From positions 9,176,001 through 9,240,000 of the forward strand of contig NC_087436.1 of assembly GCF_036321535.1 (NCBI RefSeq): a stretch of 64,000 bases of DNA. The letters are read 5' to 3'. Source of the DNA: Camelus dromedarius. Lineage: Eukaryota. Positions within the stretch are counted from its first letter, which is position 1. Every line of letters begins with the position of its first letter. Both the position numbers and the translations under genes were made by a program. Below are positions 63,637 to 64,000 of this stretch, in pieces. The notes under the pieces are model-generated. The model searched no databases and had not been told where the DNA came from. It saw nothing but the letters and a program-made list of their open reading frames with translations.

Positions 63637-64000
63637 TATAATTTGCATCTCCTCAATATATTTCAAGTATAGTATTTATTTGATCAAAAATCAAGATTGA
63701 GAGACTAAAAAACTTTAGGCAATTCAAGACTCCAAAAGATATAGTCCCTCAGATCTGGGGATCAGGCTTTTGAGGAGCAACCACCCGAGGTTGTCACATT
63801 TGCAAAGTTATGAGAACCTCATTCTTAACATGCCAAGTGAATCTGGATGCCGGGATGAACAGGTGGTGCCAGAGTGAGGCTGGCAAGACCAGACAAAGAT
63901 TTTAAAATCATAGTTGCTTCTGAATTTCTTCTGCCTTCCATTCTCATGTGTGCCTTGATTTTTAAAAACGGTGGGGATTTTGAAGTGCGTGTATCTTTTT

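Noticed and set aside
1..64000. CRISPR arrays, operons, rRNA, NUMT or processed pseudogenes
   Set aside because: No regularly spaced repeat-spacer array, no prokaryotic gene density, and no recognisable rRNA, mitochondrial or retrocopy sequence.

Overview
AT-rich mammalian genomic DNA, very likely camelid (alpaca/llama/camel), inferred from four Vic-1-like tRNA-Ala-derived SINEs. No host protein-coding gene is recognisable. The window is mostly transposable-element debris of many ages: one young, 5'-truncated 3.8-kb LINE-1 on the minus strand with a perfect 13-bp TSD and a near-intact ORF2 (three 1-bp frameshifts, no nonsense codons), several short L1 3' ends with TSDs, older L1M pieces, two ERV1-type solo LTRs, MaLR/ERVL LTRs, L2, MIR and hAT relics, and microsatellites. 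The main non-repeat landmark is a CpG island at about 27.2-28.0 kb with GC boxes, CRE-like sites and a strong minus-strand splice donor. It looks like the promoter and first exon of an unidentified leftward transcript, possibly with a divergent partner. Exon-like segments at 9-17 kb can be hand-assembled into a speculative 135-aa ORF. Repeat family names were assigned by eye from remembered consensus sequences, and boundaries of old elements are approximate. I found no well-supported novel biological system; the best leads are the unidentified transcript, a triplicated L1 target site, and a direct repeat bracketing the CpG island.
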